This document shows, one piece after another, positions 28,802 through 42,400 of a DNA stretch of 64,000 nucleotides. The notes under the pieces are model-generated. The model made no database searches. It had not been told where the DNA came from and worked only from the letters and a program-made list of their open reading frames with translations. Numbering within the stretch: position 1 is the stretch's first letter; each line of letters begins with the position of its first letter. The DNA comes from Phoronis australis (taxonomy: Eukaryota; Animalia; Phoronida). The DNA is taken from positions 239,887 to 303,886 of the forward strand of contig NMRA01000138.1 in assembly GCA_002633005.1 (NCBI GenBank). Direction: 5' to 3'. Position numbers and translations under genes: made by a program.

Positions 28802-29236
28802 CAAGGTACCTAAACTACATGGTTAACGGACTCATAAACAGGGTCACGGACACATGAACACGACTCACAGACCTGCAAACACCGTCCACTGACTCACAAA
28901 CACGGGAATGGACTCACAAAACATGATCCATTCACCCAAATACATGGGACACGGACTCATATTCACAAAGAAACACGGTTAACGGACTGCCAAACATGGT
29001 TTACAGACAAAATGTGGATGTCAGCCGATGAGTCCGTGACCCGTGTTTGGCAGTCCGTTAACCGTGTTTCCTCGTGAATATGAGTCCGTGTCTCGTGTAT
29101 TTGGGTGAATGGATCGTGTTTTCTGAGTCCGTTCCCGTGTTTGTGAGTCAATGGACGGTGTTTGCAGGTCCATGAGTCGCGTTCATGCGTCCATGACGTG
29201 TTTATCAGTCCCTTAACGTGTTGTTTAGCTACCTTG
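28802..29236. mobile_element. Second copy (inverted) of the CAAGG foldback MITE
   Basis: Same TIRs; central spacer is reverse-complemented relative to the 6762 copy. Flanks ACAAT / ACAGT (5 bp, 1 mismatch). Confidence 0.85.
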
Positions 29237-30236
29237 ACAGTGCAGAGCAGCTGATCAAAACAACAATACGAGATCTAGTGCATTATAAAAATGCAGATCC
29301 CAACTGTGGATTTAACTATTTAGTAGAACTGAAATACTGTTAGTAGTTATGGCCAATCAAGTAAGGGACAGAAGTAGGTCACAGAGGTAGCAGACGAAAT
29401 CACCCACATTGCAATGCCAACCAGCAAACATTGAATAGAAAAAAGTCAGGTGACCCAAAATGGTTGTAAAAATTGGCGGGAAGATTTGAATTCATGTGGG
29501 TCAGTTGACTTACTGCCAACTTTTTCTAATGATGTCAGGAAATAAATGAATTTTAACATTTTTCCAACCTTCCTGGTATTCATAACATTAACTGGGTTCA
29601 AGTTCCTGCCAAATCTCTCAATGACATGGGCAGAAATGGTTTTCTGCCTTACTTGAAGCATTTTGCTGGTGAAGATAAATGTTTAAAACAATCTAATGAC
29701 AGAGTAGAATAAATAATTCCAATATGTAATAACCCACCACACTTAGTTTCTGCAAGCCAGACATTAATTTAAGGTTGAAGAGTTTCCATGGTGACAAGAA
29801 TCTCAGTATTGCAACTGAATTAAAGTCAGTTTCATACTAGTATGGCAATGCATATTGATTTTACATTGAAGTGCGTGTTTCTCCATTGCAGAGGAAATTT
29901 CGGAAAATGTAGCAATCAAGTCTCCCTAATCAGAAGTTTACAATGAATACTTTCATCTGCAGGTTCCTGTCCAAACTATCAAAACTCCTTACTGAACTGA
30001 CGGAAACAAATGACAGTAGTCTTCTGTTCATGAATATATAATATATTTCACTTAGGCCTACACTCATCCACCAACAGAAAGAATGTTCGATGGTGAGCGT
30101 CTTAGTCAACAAAGTACCGGGGTGTGAATTTTATAAAGATGTAAAATTGAATACAGGTTAGACGTTCTACAGTTCCATGGTCAAACTAGACAGTATGATC
30201 GAACCTGACGTGACGTTCAAAAAGAAAAAAACTCAC

Positions 30237-30264
30237 TGTGGAATGAGTTCCCGGCGGCATCCAT
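30237..30264 (-). CDS. Candidate first coding exon (MDAAGNSFH, phase 1) of an unidentified minus-strand gene
   Basis: ATG GAT GCC GCC GGG AAC TCA TTC CAC A followed by consensus donor GTGAGT and a T-tract. Lies downstream of a CpG-enriched region. Confidence 0.4.
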
Positions 30265-30399
30265 TCGTCTACTTAAAGACACCAGACTGGCAACACTAGG
30301 AATCGTATCGGATTATAAATAAGTCATGAATGTAAGGCTGGTTACGATGATAAGTATTGATTTAAGTCCGTACAAGACAGAGGCAATCAGTAGGCCTAT

Positions 30400-30770
30400 T
30401 TACTATAGCAATCACGGCCCAGTCGAGCCTGATGACACTTGACACTCGTCGTAAAATTGGGATGATCAACTGTCTTGAATTTCCATCGCTGATCATAATC
30501 AGTACTATTTGCCGCGACTCATGTTCAGGCAAACGCAGAGGAGGTTGAACGCTTCAATGCGGACTGGCTCCCCGCTTCCGTCGGCCGTGTCCTGTTTTTG
30601 CCTGCCTCGCGACACCGCGACGACAATAGTTTAGAGTCAGCGGCGTAATAAAGTAAACATCAGACACACAGATGCACAATGCCCCGCCACACTGTGTTCA
30701 AATTGATTGGTCTGTGGTTATGTTCAACTGACTGGAGACACCGGCACGGTTTCAGCCGAGCGAATGTCTA
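30400..30770 (-). promoter_or_regulatory. CpG-enriched putative promoter/5'UTR
   Basis: Local CpG enrichment, GC-box-like GCCCCGCCAC (30681-30690) and CCAAT on the minus strand (GATTGG 30705-30710), upstream of the candidate exon at 30264. Confidence 0.4.
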
Positions 30771-30804
30771 GATGTCTGACAGATAACAGCGGAAATTGAT
30801 GATC

Positions 30805-30961
30805 CAGGGGCGGATCCAGGATTTTGAGTTGGGGGGGGGGCAGGACAGAGTATTAGCCAGGATTTTGCCCGTCAGACATTCGCACCCCCGTACTGCCAAC
30901 AGGGAGAATTTTAGGGGGGCCATGGCCCCCTTGGCCCCCCCCCCCTCTAACTCCGTCACTG
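30805..30961. mobile_element. hAT-like MITE CAGGGGCGGATCC...TCCGTCACTG
   Basis: Imperfect TIRs, G/C tracts, internal palindrome GGGGGCCATGGCCCCC. Flanks TGATC / TGACC. Confidence 0.6.
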
Positions 30962-32518
30962 TGACCTGTAATAAAATCACAAAAATGGCAACGGATTTTG
31001 TTGTTTTGGAATTCTGATCCAAGCTATTGTTTTCAAGAAGCCTATCCCATCCAGCCATAATACCTTTTTTGGCCGTAAAACCGATAATGTCCCTGTAAAC
31101 GTTTCATTGACAAGGTAGTCGATGTTATTGTCGGTTTCCATTACTATTAATGCGTGAGGCGAAATGATTCAAAATCGCCGTTTTTTGACGTCACCGACGG
31201 CGTTTCCCTCTCGAAAATGCTATAAAACACACTGCAGTTGTAATTTAACGATTATCATAATGCCTAGGCTACCTCCTTTTGGTAAGGGATAAGTTTGTGC
31301 ATCGCCAAAATAAAAAGTCAATTAGGCCTTGTCGTAATCTACGTTTCCACAGCGTTTTGGCACCGTTTGGGTACCACAATGTTCAACGCTTTCAACGCCT
31401 TCTGGGTTCATAACAAAGTTTGGCTGTACATCCTTATTTTTTACCTGTCGAGTTGGATTTTAAAAAGAGCACCAAACGATTTTCCGTCGAAAGCGCACCA
31501 TGGAAACGTGGAAACGCACTAGAGGTCGCAATGAGTATGCATCTGGCAACACGCATCATGCACTGCGCACTTTTGAAAGCAGGTCTACACTGGTAGGTAA
31601 AGTAGAACTATCTGGCGTGGTGAATCCTATTTTCGCCATCTTCTTCGTAGCAATCTCAAGCTTATCAATGTATAATAATTTTTATTCAAAGCTTTATTTC
31701 GGCCGTTTACTCTCGTAGTATCAGTCTCACAATGGCCTTACCAATAGTGATAGAATTCTTTTTTCCGTTGCCAACAAGAACATAGCGTTGCCAGTTTTTC
31801 CAGGTCTCACTCCTTGTAAACCGAGTAAGGAACCAGCTCCAATTTACAATGGAAAATGTCCTAAATCAAAACTTGAACTTTTGACTGAAAGAACGGGATT
31901 TTAATGCCGCTTTAAACATCGGAAGTCAGTGACAAAATGTCAGAAATGTGCAAGATATTTGGCTTTTTTATGTAAGTAAATGATTTATAGCCATTCATCG
32001 CTGTACTTTGCTGTGATGGGCAAAGCCAAATATGCATTTTTATCACAGAACCATTGGTTACAGGAATTCATTCCTTATTTTTTACTTCAGTTCTGTTTCT
32101 CACCAGTCAATGAAAAGTGTAATTCTTGAAGCAAGCAAGACACACCTGTCCAACGGAAATCCAACCTCCCCTGTCGGTAGATTACTATTTAAGTCGACAC
32201 CTCGGCGAAATCTTGTTTGCGTTTTCTTTCACTAAATTAAAATGTCTTGATCCAGCAGACAAACTTTCACGAAATTAATTTTAATTTAAAACCAACTGAG
32301 AAATGAATTTCCTACATGTCATCCAATCCTTTCATAGCAAACTCAATCGATGTAACCGTGACAGTTAAATGACGATGAACTTCAGTTTTTGTAATTGAAA
32401 AACGCAAGACTCTAGTTAGGAATTAATCGTTATTTACAAGCTCGTAATTTTAAAGTTAATGATTGTATAGCCCTCTCATTGTTTAGGTCAGGCGATGTTC
32501 GAAGCATATTAGTAAATA

Positions 32519-32718
32519 CATGCGCGCACACAGCCTTCAATATGTGGGGGCTCGAATTCCTAACGTCGTGGACCTTTTGTTAACAAAATAGCCGGGGAAT
32601 AAAACAAACAAAAAAAAAAANNNNNNNNNNNNNNNNNNNNNNNNNNNNNNNNNNNNNNNNNNNNNNGGGGGGTGCTCCAACGAGCCTCCGAGCCCCCAAC
32701 CCCATTGGTGCGCGCATG
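32519..32718. mobile_element. Small MITE CATGCGCGCA...TGCGCGCATG with 5-bp TSD AAATA (contains a 46-nt gap)
   Basis: Perfect 10-bp TIR; AAATA at 32514-32518 and 32719-32723. Confidence 0.7.
32621..32666. other. Assembly gap
   Basis: Run of N. Confidence 1.
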
Positions 32719-33012
32719 AAATAGAAGTTTCGTAACTTGGTATTTCTGTTTCCCACAAATTTATCGAACCTCATATTGCAGTTTCAATTTTCCCAGAAAT
32801 GTAGCAGGATACGTCAATATTAACAGAGTTAGCCTATCCTTACACCTCTGGACTGCTTGCTTTCACTTGGTCGTAATTTCAGTTTCTTTTTGACTGTAGA
32901 CAACATTGCTTTCATACCAAGTTGATTTGCAAATTTTGAGATGAGACCTATTTTCTGTACCCAACATCTCGCGAGATACGCCACGTAATACATGCAAAGG
33001 ATATGATCACAC

Positions 33013-33928
33013 NNNNNNNNNNNNNNNNNNNNNNNNNNNNNNNNNNNNNNNNNNNNNNNNNNNNNNNNNNNNNNNNNNNNNNNNNNNNNNNNNNNNNNNN
33101 NNNNNNNNNNNNNNNNNNNNNNNNNNNNNNNNNNNNNNNNNNNNNNNNNNNNNNNNNNNNNNNNNNNNNNNNNNNNNNNNNNNNNNNNNNNNNNNNNNNN
33201 NNNNNNNNNNNNNNNNNNNNNNNNNNNNNNNNNNNNNNNNNNNNNNNNNNNNNNNNNNNNNNNNNNNNNNNNNNNNNNNNNNNNNNNNNNNNNNNNNNNN
33301 NNNNNNNNNNNNNNNNNNNNNNNNNNNNNNNNNNNNNNNNNNNNNNNNNNNNNNNNNNNNNNNNNNNNNNNNNNNNNNNNNNNNNNNNNNNNNNNNNNNN
33401 NNNNNNNNNNNNNNNNNNNNNNNNNNNNNNNNNNNNNNNNNNNNNNNNNNNNNNNNNNNNNNNNNNNNNNNNNNNNNNNNNNNNNNNNNNNNNNNNNNNN
33501 NNNNNNNNNNNNNNNNNNNNNNNNNNNNNNNNNNNNNNNNNNNNNNNNNNNNNNNNNNNNNNNNNNNNNNNNNNNNNNNNNNNNNNNNNNNNNNNNNNNN
33601 NNNNNNNNNNNNNNNNNNNNNNNNNNNNNNNNNNNNNNNNNNNNNNNNNNNNNNNNNNNNNNNNNNNNNNNNNNNNNNNNNNNNNNNNNNNNNNNNNNNN
33701 NNNNNNNNNNNNNNNNNNNNNNNNNNNNNNNNNNNNNNNNNNNNNNNNNNNNNNNNNNNNNNNNNNNNNNNNNNNNNNNNNNNNNNNNNNNNNNNNNNNN
33801 NNNNNNNNNNNNNNNNNNNNNNNNNNNNNNNNNNNNNNNNNNNNNNNNNNNNNNNNNNNNNNNNNNNNNNNNNNNNNNNNNNNNNNNNNNNNNNNNNNNN
33901 NNNNNNNNNNNNNNNNNNNNNNNNNNNN
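33013..33928. other. Assembly gap
   Basis: Run of N. Confidence 1.
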
Positions 33929-33929
33929 A

Positions 33930-34148
33930 GCGATGAATCAGCGCGGCTTTGCGTGATTTTGCATTTCACATCATAAAGAGTTCCATAGCAACTCGAGTAT
34001 GAGTGTCAGATTTGAGTACGTTTGGAGTCTACTCGAAATACGACATTAGATACGCTTTTTTGAGTACGACTCCAGTGAGCACGATTTTGAGTATGAAATC
34101 TCGAGTATGAGTATGAGTCTGAGTACGGAGATTGGAGACCGGGCCCTG
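33930..34148. mobile_element. Terminal part of a hAT-like MITE with GAGTA(C/T)GA repeats
   Basis: Multiple GAGTACGA/GAGTATGAGT motifs ending ...GGGCCCTG, adjacent to a gap. Confidence 0.4.
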
Positions 34149-34428
34149 GTCTCGCATCACCACCAGAGGCTTGGCCACACTAAGAAAACAAAGTGAAAGT
34201 GGGCAATGCCAAGCAACACCACACTTGATGTTATGCTGAACTATAATATAATCCACACATTTCAGCCTCTCAGAACGAATTAGGAAAAATCATAATGGCA
34301 CAATAGATATAAAACTATGACTGCATAATGAAATTTCAAAGCATGCTTGATTTGACCAATGACAATGCCATCAAGTGGTAATACCACAAAATAAAATAAT
34401 GAAAAAACAAACATCATAGTTAAAATTC

Positions 34429-34434
34429 TTTATT
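34429..34434 (-). other. Candidate polyadenylation signal AATAAA
   Basis: AATAAA on the minus strand followed by a GT/T-rich downstream element, at the end of a repeat-poor T-rich (minus) tract. Confidence 0.3.
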
Positions 34435-36203
34435 TCAAAATTTGATACAGTCAAGCACCAGAATATTAGACCATACCCTGACACATGGATAAACAGAAAC
34501 GGACCAAAGCAGTTACACGAATCCCAACTTGATTACATCAGACCCCAAGACTGTTCAGGAATATTGTTGGACACATGCAACAGATTTCTTGTAAAAAGCT
34601 TTTACTTAGAGCAGTAGCCTGTCAGCAACAATTTTTTGAAAAAAACAAAATACAAAAGCATGACAAAATATAGGCCAACTATTTGAACTTGAAAGTTGTA
34701 TTCTTAATGTGTCATAGCCCACTCAGCAATAATAAGCAATAATAACCCCTAAAAATCAAAAGAAAATCAATTTCTTAGTCTCAGCTAGTTTATCAAAAGC
34801 AGTTTCAAGAAAGTGTGCAGCAGGAACCACATTCCACTGCCAAGATCAAACTCCGAGTTTCTACTACAGTCTTTCTCAGTGAAATCAACTTGCACTTTCC
34901 ATCTCAAATCAAAACACAACACACTCCATTCATGTGTACATTACAGGCAATACTGGTTGACGTCTGGGTTAAGACCAGACTTCCCGCATTGTACTGGGAC
35001 CTGGTAACAGTGTCACCTGTCAACCATTCTAGGTATTGTGCACTTCATAATTCAACTCAATTATGACTTAATTCTGAATTGGACTAGTATAAAACGATAT
35101 TATGGCCTGACTGTGCCTGTTCAACAAAGCAGGTAGACAGACTGAATCATATCTGAACTATGTACAAAATTTGTATAATCAGTTTCTACAACAGAAGTTT
35201 ATGTACAGGACACACAACAGTATTCAGGCAAAATATTGTTTCTCCATCATGATGGCTTCACAAGGTTAACCCATACTTGACAATGAATTCGGCTTCTGGC
35301 CAGCCATCATAATGACGAATTCTGGGTCATTTTGTCTGACTACTTTTGTCATATACTGTACATATCCATTGACAAAATGACCAGCATTTTAAAACTGTCG
35401 TAAAACATTTGCTCGTAAAAGGTTATGTCTGGAAAAGAACAAACAAAATTCAAAACCTACTACATTTGGAAAACAAAAACAATAAAACAATATCAAGCAC
35501 TCATTTAAAAAGACAATAGTAATCTCAACTAAAAACGCTAAAAAAGAAGCACTGTGACACAAGACAAAAACAAACTGGAATAGTATAACATAAAGAAATT
35601 CTGCTCTAGAAAATAAAGATACAGTTTCCTCAAACAATCCTGAATAACATGCAGTGCATCAGATTCTTATTGCCACTGAAGTCAAACATTATGTAACTAC
35701 GTAGACATTGAGTCTGGCAATTTCAATGACTGGTTTGAAATCTGGTAATATATGGCAATAAAGGTCACCCTTCATGGCCATAGAATCCACCCAGCTGCAT
35801 TTCTCAGGCAGCTACCAAAAAGTAAACATAAAAACACTAGACATTAATGTTGACATCAGTTTACTCAAGACTATCTGGTGACTGTGGAGGTCCCTAAAAT
35901 CCCCAGGTACCCTTACAGACAAGCCACATGTAAGCAGGCTAGCACATGAAGTCTGTTCTAACATTCCTATCTGTCTTTTGTTAGAATAATATGGAAGGGC
36001 TCACAAAATCGCACTCATAAATTTACACCCTTCATGAGACAGTGTCAAAGTTTTTTTTGACCATCATCAGGTTCTAAACACGTAGAGGATCAGTATACCA
36101 ATAGTTGAAATCCCAATTCTTTGCAGTTGATATATTTCTGACGGCCAATCAGCAGCATTTGCCTAGCCTACGGTAATAAGCAGAATTTGCAAGATATTCA
36201 TAG

Positions 36204-37062
36204 TTATCACACTAACATCTTAAACTTTATAATAGTTGTAACAAGCAATCATACACAAATAATCCAAGTTCAGCGACATATAGTTCATACATTAATAAGC
36301 CAAATGTACGTAAACAGTGCGAATCACCCAAAAAGACAATCTCTCATCAGTCTGTCAAATATTGACAATTGTAATTATCGGTAGACAGTGGCTGCAATCA
36401 CAAAGTCTTCACTTTTTCCAGGAGATCTTCCAAAAATTGCTGTAATAGGGTATAACGTAAAAATTAGAAAATATTGACGGAAATCAAAAACCATTAACAC
36501 ACATACACAAACACAAACACACACACACACGCACGCACACACACACACACAAACACATGCGGGCGCACCCACACACATTATGCAATTATTGACATTCACC
36601 AATATGTTGTTTTTCGGCCTAAAAATGTGACANTTATCACACTAACATCTTAAACTTTGTAATAGTTGTAACAAGCAATCATACACAAATAATCCAAGTT
36701 CAGCGACATATAGTTCATATATTAATAAGCCAAATGTACGTAAACAGTGCGAATCACCCAAAAAGACAATCTCTCATCAGTCTGTCAAATATTGACAATT
36801 GTAATTATCGGTAGACAGTTGCTGCAATCACAAAGTCTTCACTTTTTCCAGGAGATCTTCCAAAAATTGCTGTAATAGGGTATAACGTAAAAATTAGAAA
36901 ATATTGACGGAAATCAAAAACCATTAACACACATACACAAACACAAACACACACACACACGCACGCACACACACACACACACAAACACATGCGGGCGCAC
37001 CCACACACATTATGCAATTATTGACATTCACCAATATGTTGTTTTTCAGCCTAAAAATGTGA
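36204..37062. repeat. ~428-bp direct duplication around a single n (probable contig/haplotype overlap)
   Basis: 36204-36630 vs 36634-37062 differ by a few SNPs and CA-repeat length; n at 36633. Confidence 0.9.
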
Positions 37063-37166
37063 AAATACGCAACTTTTTCAGGTCACATGACCTGTAATTT
37101 CAAAGAATCAAAGATGTCAGTTTTTCCGTTTGCAAAGTCTTAATTCATTCCTACAAATACCATACT

Positions 37167-37208
37167 CACCCATGTAAACACCCATGTAAACACCCATGTA
37201 AACACCCA
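37167..37208. repeat. 12-bp tandem CACCCATGTAAA x3.5
   Basis: Direct reading. Confidence 0.9.
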
Positions 37209-38269
37209 ATGCATGGCTAATCACACATACATACGAAATTTCCAAATCCTTATTTCTAAACACCCATGCTCGTCTCCTCTCCCAACCCCAATGACTGCGA
37301 CTTCCTTAAAAGTGTCCGTGTCTTTGTGTACACCTGTCTCATTAGAATTACAGGCCCCAAAAATATGCAACTCACATACCTTTGAGTAACAATCTCTCAT
37401 TTTCAGCAGAAGTTTGCCTTTTTCCATCACGAACACCAGGTATTTTATATACTCGAGACATTTGGAAAAAAACTTGTGACAAAAATCTTCACTTATGGTA
37501 AGGAAATAGTGAATTCTATCATGGTAATTCAATATCTCAACCTCACCGACCAATCACTTCAGTGGGTGCCATTTTGTTAGAGTACACTTTTAAAGTCTGG
37601 AGCACACTCGTGTAACAATCAATCATCCTTCATTCCACTTACATCAATAAACCAAACTTTTCTTCTTGCTCATGTCTGCTGGATAATTTGACACAGTAAA
37701 CTGATTTCCACTGTTTTTGCTCAAGTCCTAAATTGAAGGAACTTTATTATGCGATGTATGTAAAAGCATTTGCTGTTAAAACGAGACAATCTCCTACAAA
37801 ACACCACGCATACGTAATGGTACTTACATCTATTAACTCCGTTCTTGAAACATTATTTAAAAGACCCTGAAAAAGAATAATATGAGTTACAAGTGAACAA
37901 AATAAAACAAAACCAAGCAAGAAAAACAACTAGAAATTCTTGTTACACGATTTGACACACTCCCGCTAAAATTTAAAGAAACCTTTGGTTTCACCATTGA
38001 ATGACAGACTTAGTGAATTTCGTCAATTGAAATATTCGCAATATTACCTAGAACATTTTGTAATTAACAGGGCTCGTTGTACAAGATTTCCAAATGTATC
38101 CCTAGCATAACTCTTATTGCATGACTTCAGGTGAATGGTTAAACTGTGGATAATGTTTATGTATTCTGGCCAAGCACTGCATCAAAGGCGTTTACATCAA
38201 AGGGAACTAAAAATCAGGGATGATCAATAAGAAATAATACAACATTAAAATAGGCACATCCAAGCAAGT

Positions 38270-38329
38270 TCTCTCTCTCTCTGTCCCTTTCCCCCTCCCC
38301 CCCTCTTCTCTCTCTCTCTCTCTCTCTCT
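38270..38329. repeat. (CT)n pyrimidine tract
   Basis: Direct reading. Confidence 0.9.
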
Positions 38330-39452
38330 TCACAGAACTAACTTTTTGGGACTGGGTGTTCACAAGGGCACAAGCACTTTGAACTGAAGGAAGACTTGAC
38401 TGAACAAATTGAGGGTGGGCCGAAAAGCCGAGCATAGGTGATGACCCGTGCATTAATATTTCGTCATATAAACAATGAAATAAATAGAATCTGGGAAAAC
38501 ATAACTGGTGAAAGTACAATGAATGACCTGATAAAAGTTATGATGCGTTATTTATGCCATTTCTGCTCAAGTTTCATATGCTTGGCTGGTTGTCTCCTTG
38601 TAAAAAACAAAAAGGAATTGTTACAGAATAGACAGAAAGTCACATAATTTTCTTAAAGATTTTAAAACGGCAAATGAATATTCATTTCACAAAATTGGAA
38701 AAATAAATGTCAGTCACATAGTACCCCGCTCATGCAACTCTCTCTTAAAGACTGCAATCTAGGAAATAATACTGTACAGACACAAAAACTGCAGAATTAT
38801 TAGCTGTTTAACTAGAGTGAAAATTTTGCAAAACAAATTCCTGAATGAACGCACATGTAACAAGTTTTTCTGATCACCAAGGATTCTAAAAAATACATAA
38901 TTTCATAGGTATAAAATTTAAGGACAACAGAGATCAAAGAATCCTTGGTTACGGAGGTAACTGCACGACATATTTGATAGGCCAAGAACTAAATGTAGTA
39001 ACTAGACAAGTCATTGGTAAGAGGGTGAATACAGAGTTGTCAGTTAACCACCTTATACTGATTACTATTTCAGGTGTTTGCCAACACTTAATCCTATTTC
39101 TGACATTAGCAGCTTAGGCACTAACTGTGGGGTTACTACCAAAGAAGAGGTATAGGGACCAACGGGCTGCTTTTTTACAAACAATTATCCTACGAAAGAG
39201 TGCTTTTTCCGACAAAATTTCTTATCATTAGGGATGACTTTTTCCAACACAAAATTCATGACAAAAGGTTCACTTAACAAGAAATTCAAAACTCTACAAA
39301 AGGTGCAACCACTGCACAAATCCAAAGAAGGGGTTTTCATCTTAACAAACTTGATTTAAATGATATACTGATTGTTGACAACACGCCATCTCTTCTTTCA
39401 GTCTTAATGGGTTAATAATTCACATATCCAAAAATCCCCAGAGAACAGTTTC

Positions 39453-42400
39453 AAATGAAAGCGCTTCGAGGAGCGAAACTTGGCGAAATTAACCAAAAAG
39501 ATGACGATAAAGATGATGACGAAGATGACAAATATGATGACGATGATGAACAAAAGAAGTAATAATAACATACACACGACAAACGTAGAAGTCCGAAACC
39601 AGTAACAAAAAGGCTACAGTCTTGAGCAACACTTGGCGAAATTAACGGAAAAGACAAGGACGGAGATGATGACGAAGATGATGACGATGATGACGAATAT
39701 GATGATGGTGGTGGCGACGATGAACAACATCACAACATTCATGTGACGAACTTAGATGTCATAAATTAATAAGAAATAGGCTACAGTCTACTTCAACAGA
39801 AGATAAACCAACATCAATACAGCAAGAGCGCTCAACAAAGGAACAGCGTCATCAGAAAATAAAAGTAGACGTCCTAGCGAAAAATGGTAAACATCTTCTG
39901 AAAGTCCGTTCAAAACTCTATCTAAACTGATGGTATCACCTAATTCCGTAAATTTTTCGAAAAAAATAAAATTTTGCGTTATTTTTAAGAATTTCAAAGT
40001 CAAATAACTCGAAAACGGTAAGTCTGAGAAAAAAATTATTTCAGGTCATTTGAAAGAGTATACCTCAAAGAATCCACATGCAAAAAATCATGTCTTTTCT
40101 CTTCCCGTTTAAAATTGCATTCAGCATGACTGAAAATGAGTCAACATGCGCCAAATCCGCCATCTTGAAAGCACCTTCCGGTTTTTTGGCTTTTTATAAT
40201 AGCATATCACAAGAAACTAATACCTGTAAAAATTCGAAGGAATTGGTCTTATAATGCGACCTCTACAGGAGAAAACGTTTTAGGCCAAAATCGAGGTGCG
40301 CATGCGCGATCGCCGATATTTCCGCCATTTTTAACCGGAAGTAAACAATTTCCGGTATACTTGCAGAAAACTTCCGGTCCATTTAATGTGCCGATTCTTA
40401 GCCTTTTACGTAAAAAATTGTAGCCTCCAGAAGCATTTGAACCTTTAAAGTCCTTCTCTCACACGTTGTTAACCCTTATTACATGGTTAGAGGATGTTAT
40501 AAGGATCCAAGAAGTACCTGCCCCATAACTAATACACGATCCGTACTCGAAAAAAGTTTAAATGAACGTGCCACTCACGATTCGCACCCGAAGAACCACC
40601 GCCATTTTGAACTTGCCGCGAACCCGGAAGTACAATTCATTCAGGAACCCAGGCTAAGAAAACGCCGTCAGTGTGAGTGCCTCAACCAGCCTGCAAATGG
40701 GGATAAAATAATCGACAGCGCGCCTTAATTTTAATAAAATCAAAATAAGGACAATTTTATCGACTTTGCTGAAGAAATGTGGCGAATAAGTTTTGACAGC
40801 AATTATTTTGCCAGACTAGGGACTGCAGCCTATCGGACCCGGTGCCGATCGAGACCAGACACTGGCGAACGGTAAACGCATGCGGTTGCAATCTGTTTTG
40901 TCGAAGTAAAATGGTCAAATCATAAATGCTGCATATATTCAAGGGTAGTTTCAGACACTTGCATGAAATTACGGGCTGGTTAGTCCTGTGTCACACTGCC
41001 GCGACAGATCTTAGTTAGCCTGAGTCACCAGCTACCAGTGAAGACTATCGTCAAAATACAGCTTGTTAGTAGGCCTATACAGCTTTGCGCCAAGGCTACC
41101 CTTAGGCCGAACTGGTCGCTGGCCCCAGCGCTCGCTCAAACGAGGTTTATTTAGAACTTGGGTACTTCTGGCGAACTGTGCAAAGTTATTGGCTTTCAAT
41201 AGAGATTTTCCCAGACTTTGTATGAGCGCACCAAGCTTAAAAGAATGGGAGGCTGGAATTTTTGGGAATGTGTATCTTTTACTATAAGATTCAGTGGGTA
41301 TGTTCAGAGCTACGAATTGCAGACGCTAAATTTTGGTACTTCCTGTCTTCTAGTGGAATTTTGTCTCTACTTTTTTCGGAATTCGGGCTTCTCTGACTGA
41401 GGCAGACCTTTTTCCAGTTCTCCAAAAAGGGAGCTCGTTAGAGCACATAAGTATGAGAAGTCCAATACAAAATGTTATCATTTTTATTCATTAACCCAAA
41501 ATGATTTACGAAAATTGAACAAAGTTTCTTTTTTGTAGCAACGTTTGTCAAAATGTATCAACGTTAAATCTTCACAAATTACAAAGTAGCCGATTGAACA
41601 TGCCTTTCAGTTCAGCAAAAGTCGACATTGTAGGTGCCGCCAGAAATGAGACGAAGTCCAACGGGAATTGTGAGCACATTTATCACTTAATGAGTAACAA
41701 CTGCGAGGCTGAAATTTGGTGAACACTGTTAAATCGTGCAGAATAGTAAGTAAAGATATGTCTAACTAAATTTCACCGTAATTTGTTGGCGAAAACAATT
41801 TACACAAAGTTTTAAACTCGTAACTTATCCCGCTGTCCTCCAATATGGCCGACGCGATCCAAACAAAGTGACCCAAATTTCGCCACAAACCTTGCAATAA
41901 CTTTACACTGCTAGCCCCGATTTTGATACTTTTCGATTTTTACTGAGTAGAATGCACTACCTTTCCGATTATAGCAAAGTACTTTTTCAAAGCGAGAAAA
42001 AAAATAAAACCGAAAAAAATTGGTTCGACCGACCTACGTAAGGAACTAAACACCAATGCTATTTTAACATACTAAGTACGCGTTACATTCCAAAGAAATC
42101 AACGACCACTAACTACAAACTATAAATACAGTACATATGCAAACGAATCACGAGATATTACTAATAAAACAAAATAATGAAGACTTTTCAAGCAAGCGAT
42201 AGCACATTCAGTTACAAGGAAAAAATGTCGGCTTTCAGGACAAGTTCCTGAACTGATGAGCCGGAAATGTGGGTACGGAAATAACCGATGACAACCGGTA
42301 ATCATACGCTCAGAGAGAAGGGTCAAATACTGTTCAAAAATCGCTTTTGACAAGGAAGGCGAAAAGAGTATAGAGAAAGGGTGTCGAAAATAAGATTTTA

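Noticed and set aside
33003-33969. Long ORFs (also 17029-17648)
   Set aside because: Artefacts of translating N gaps.
36204-37062. Biological tandem duplication
   Set aside because: The junction falls exactly on an n, and the differences look allelic; most likely an assembly overlap.
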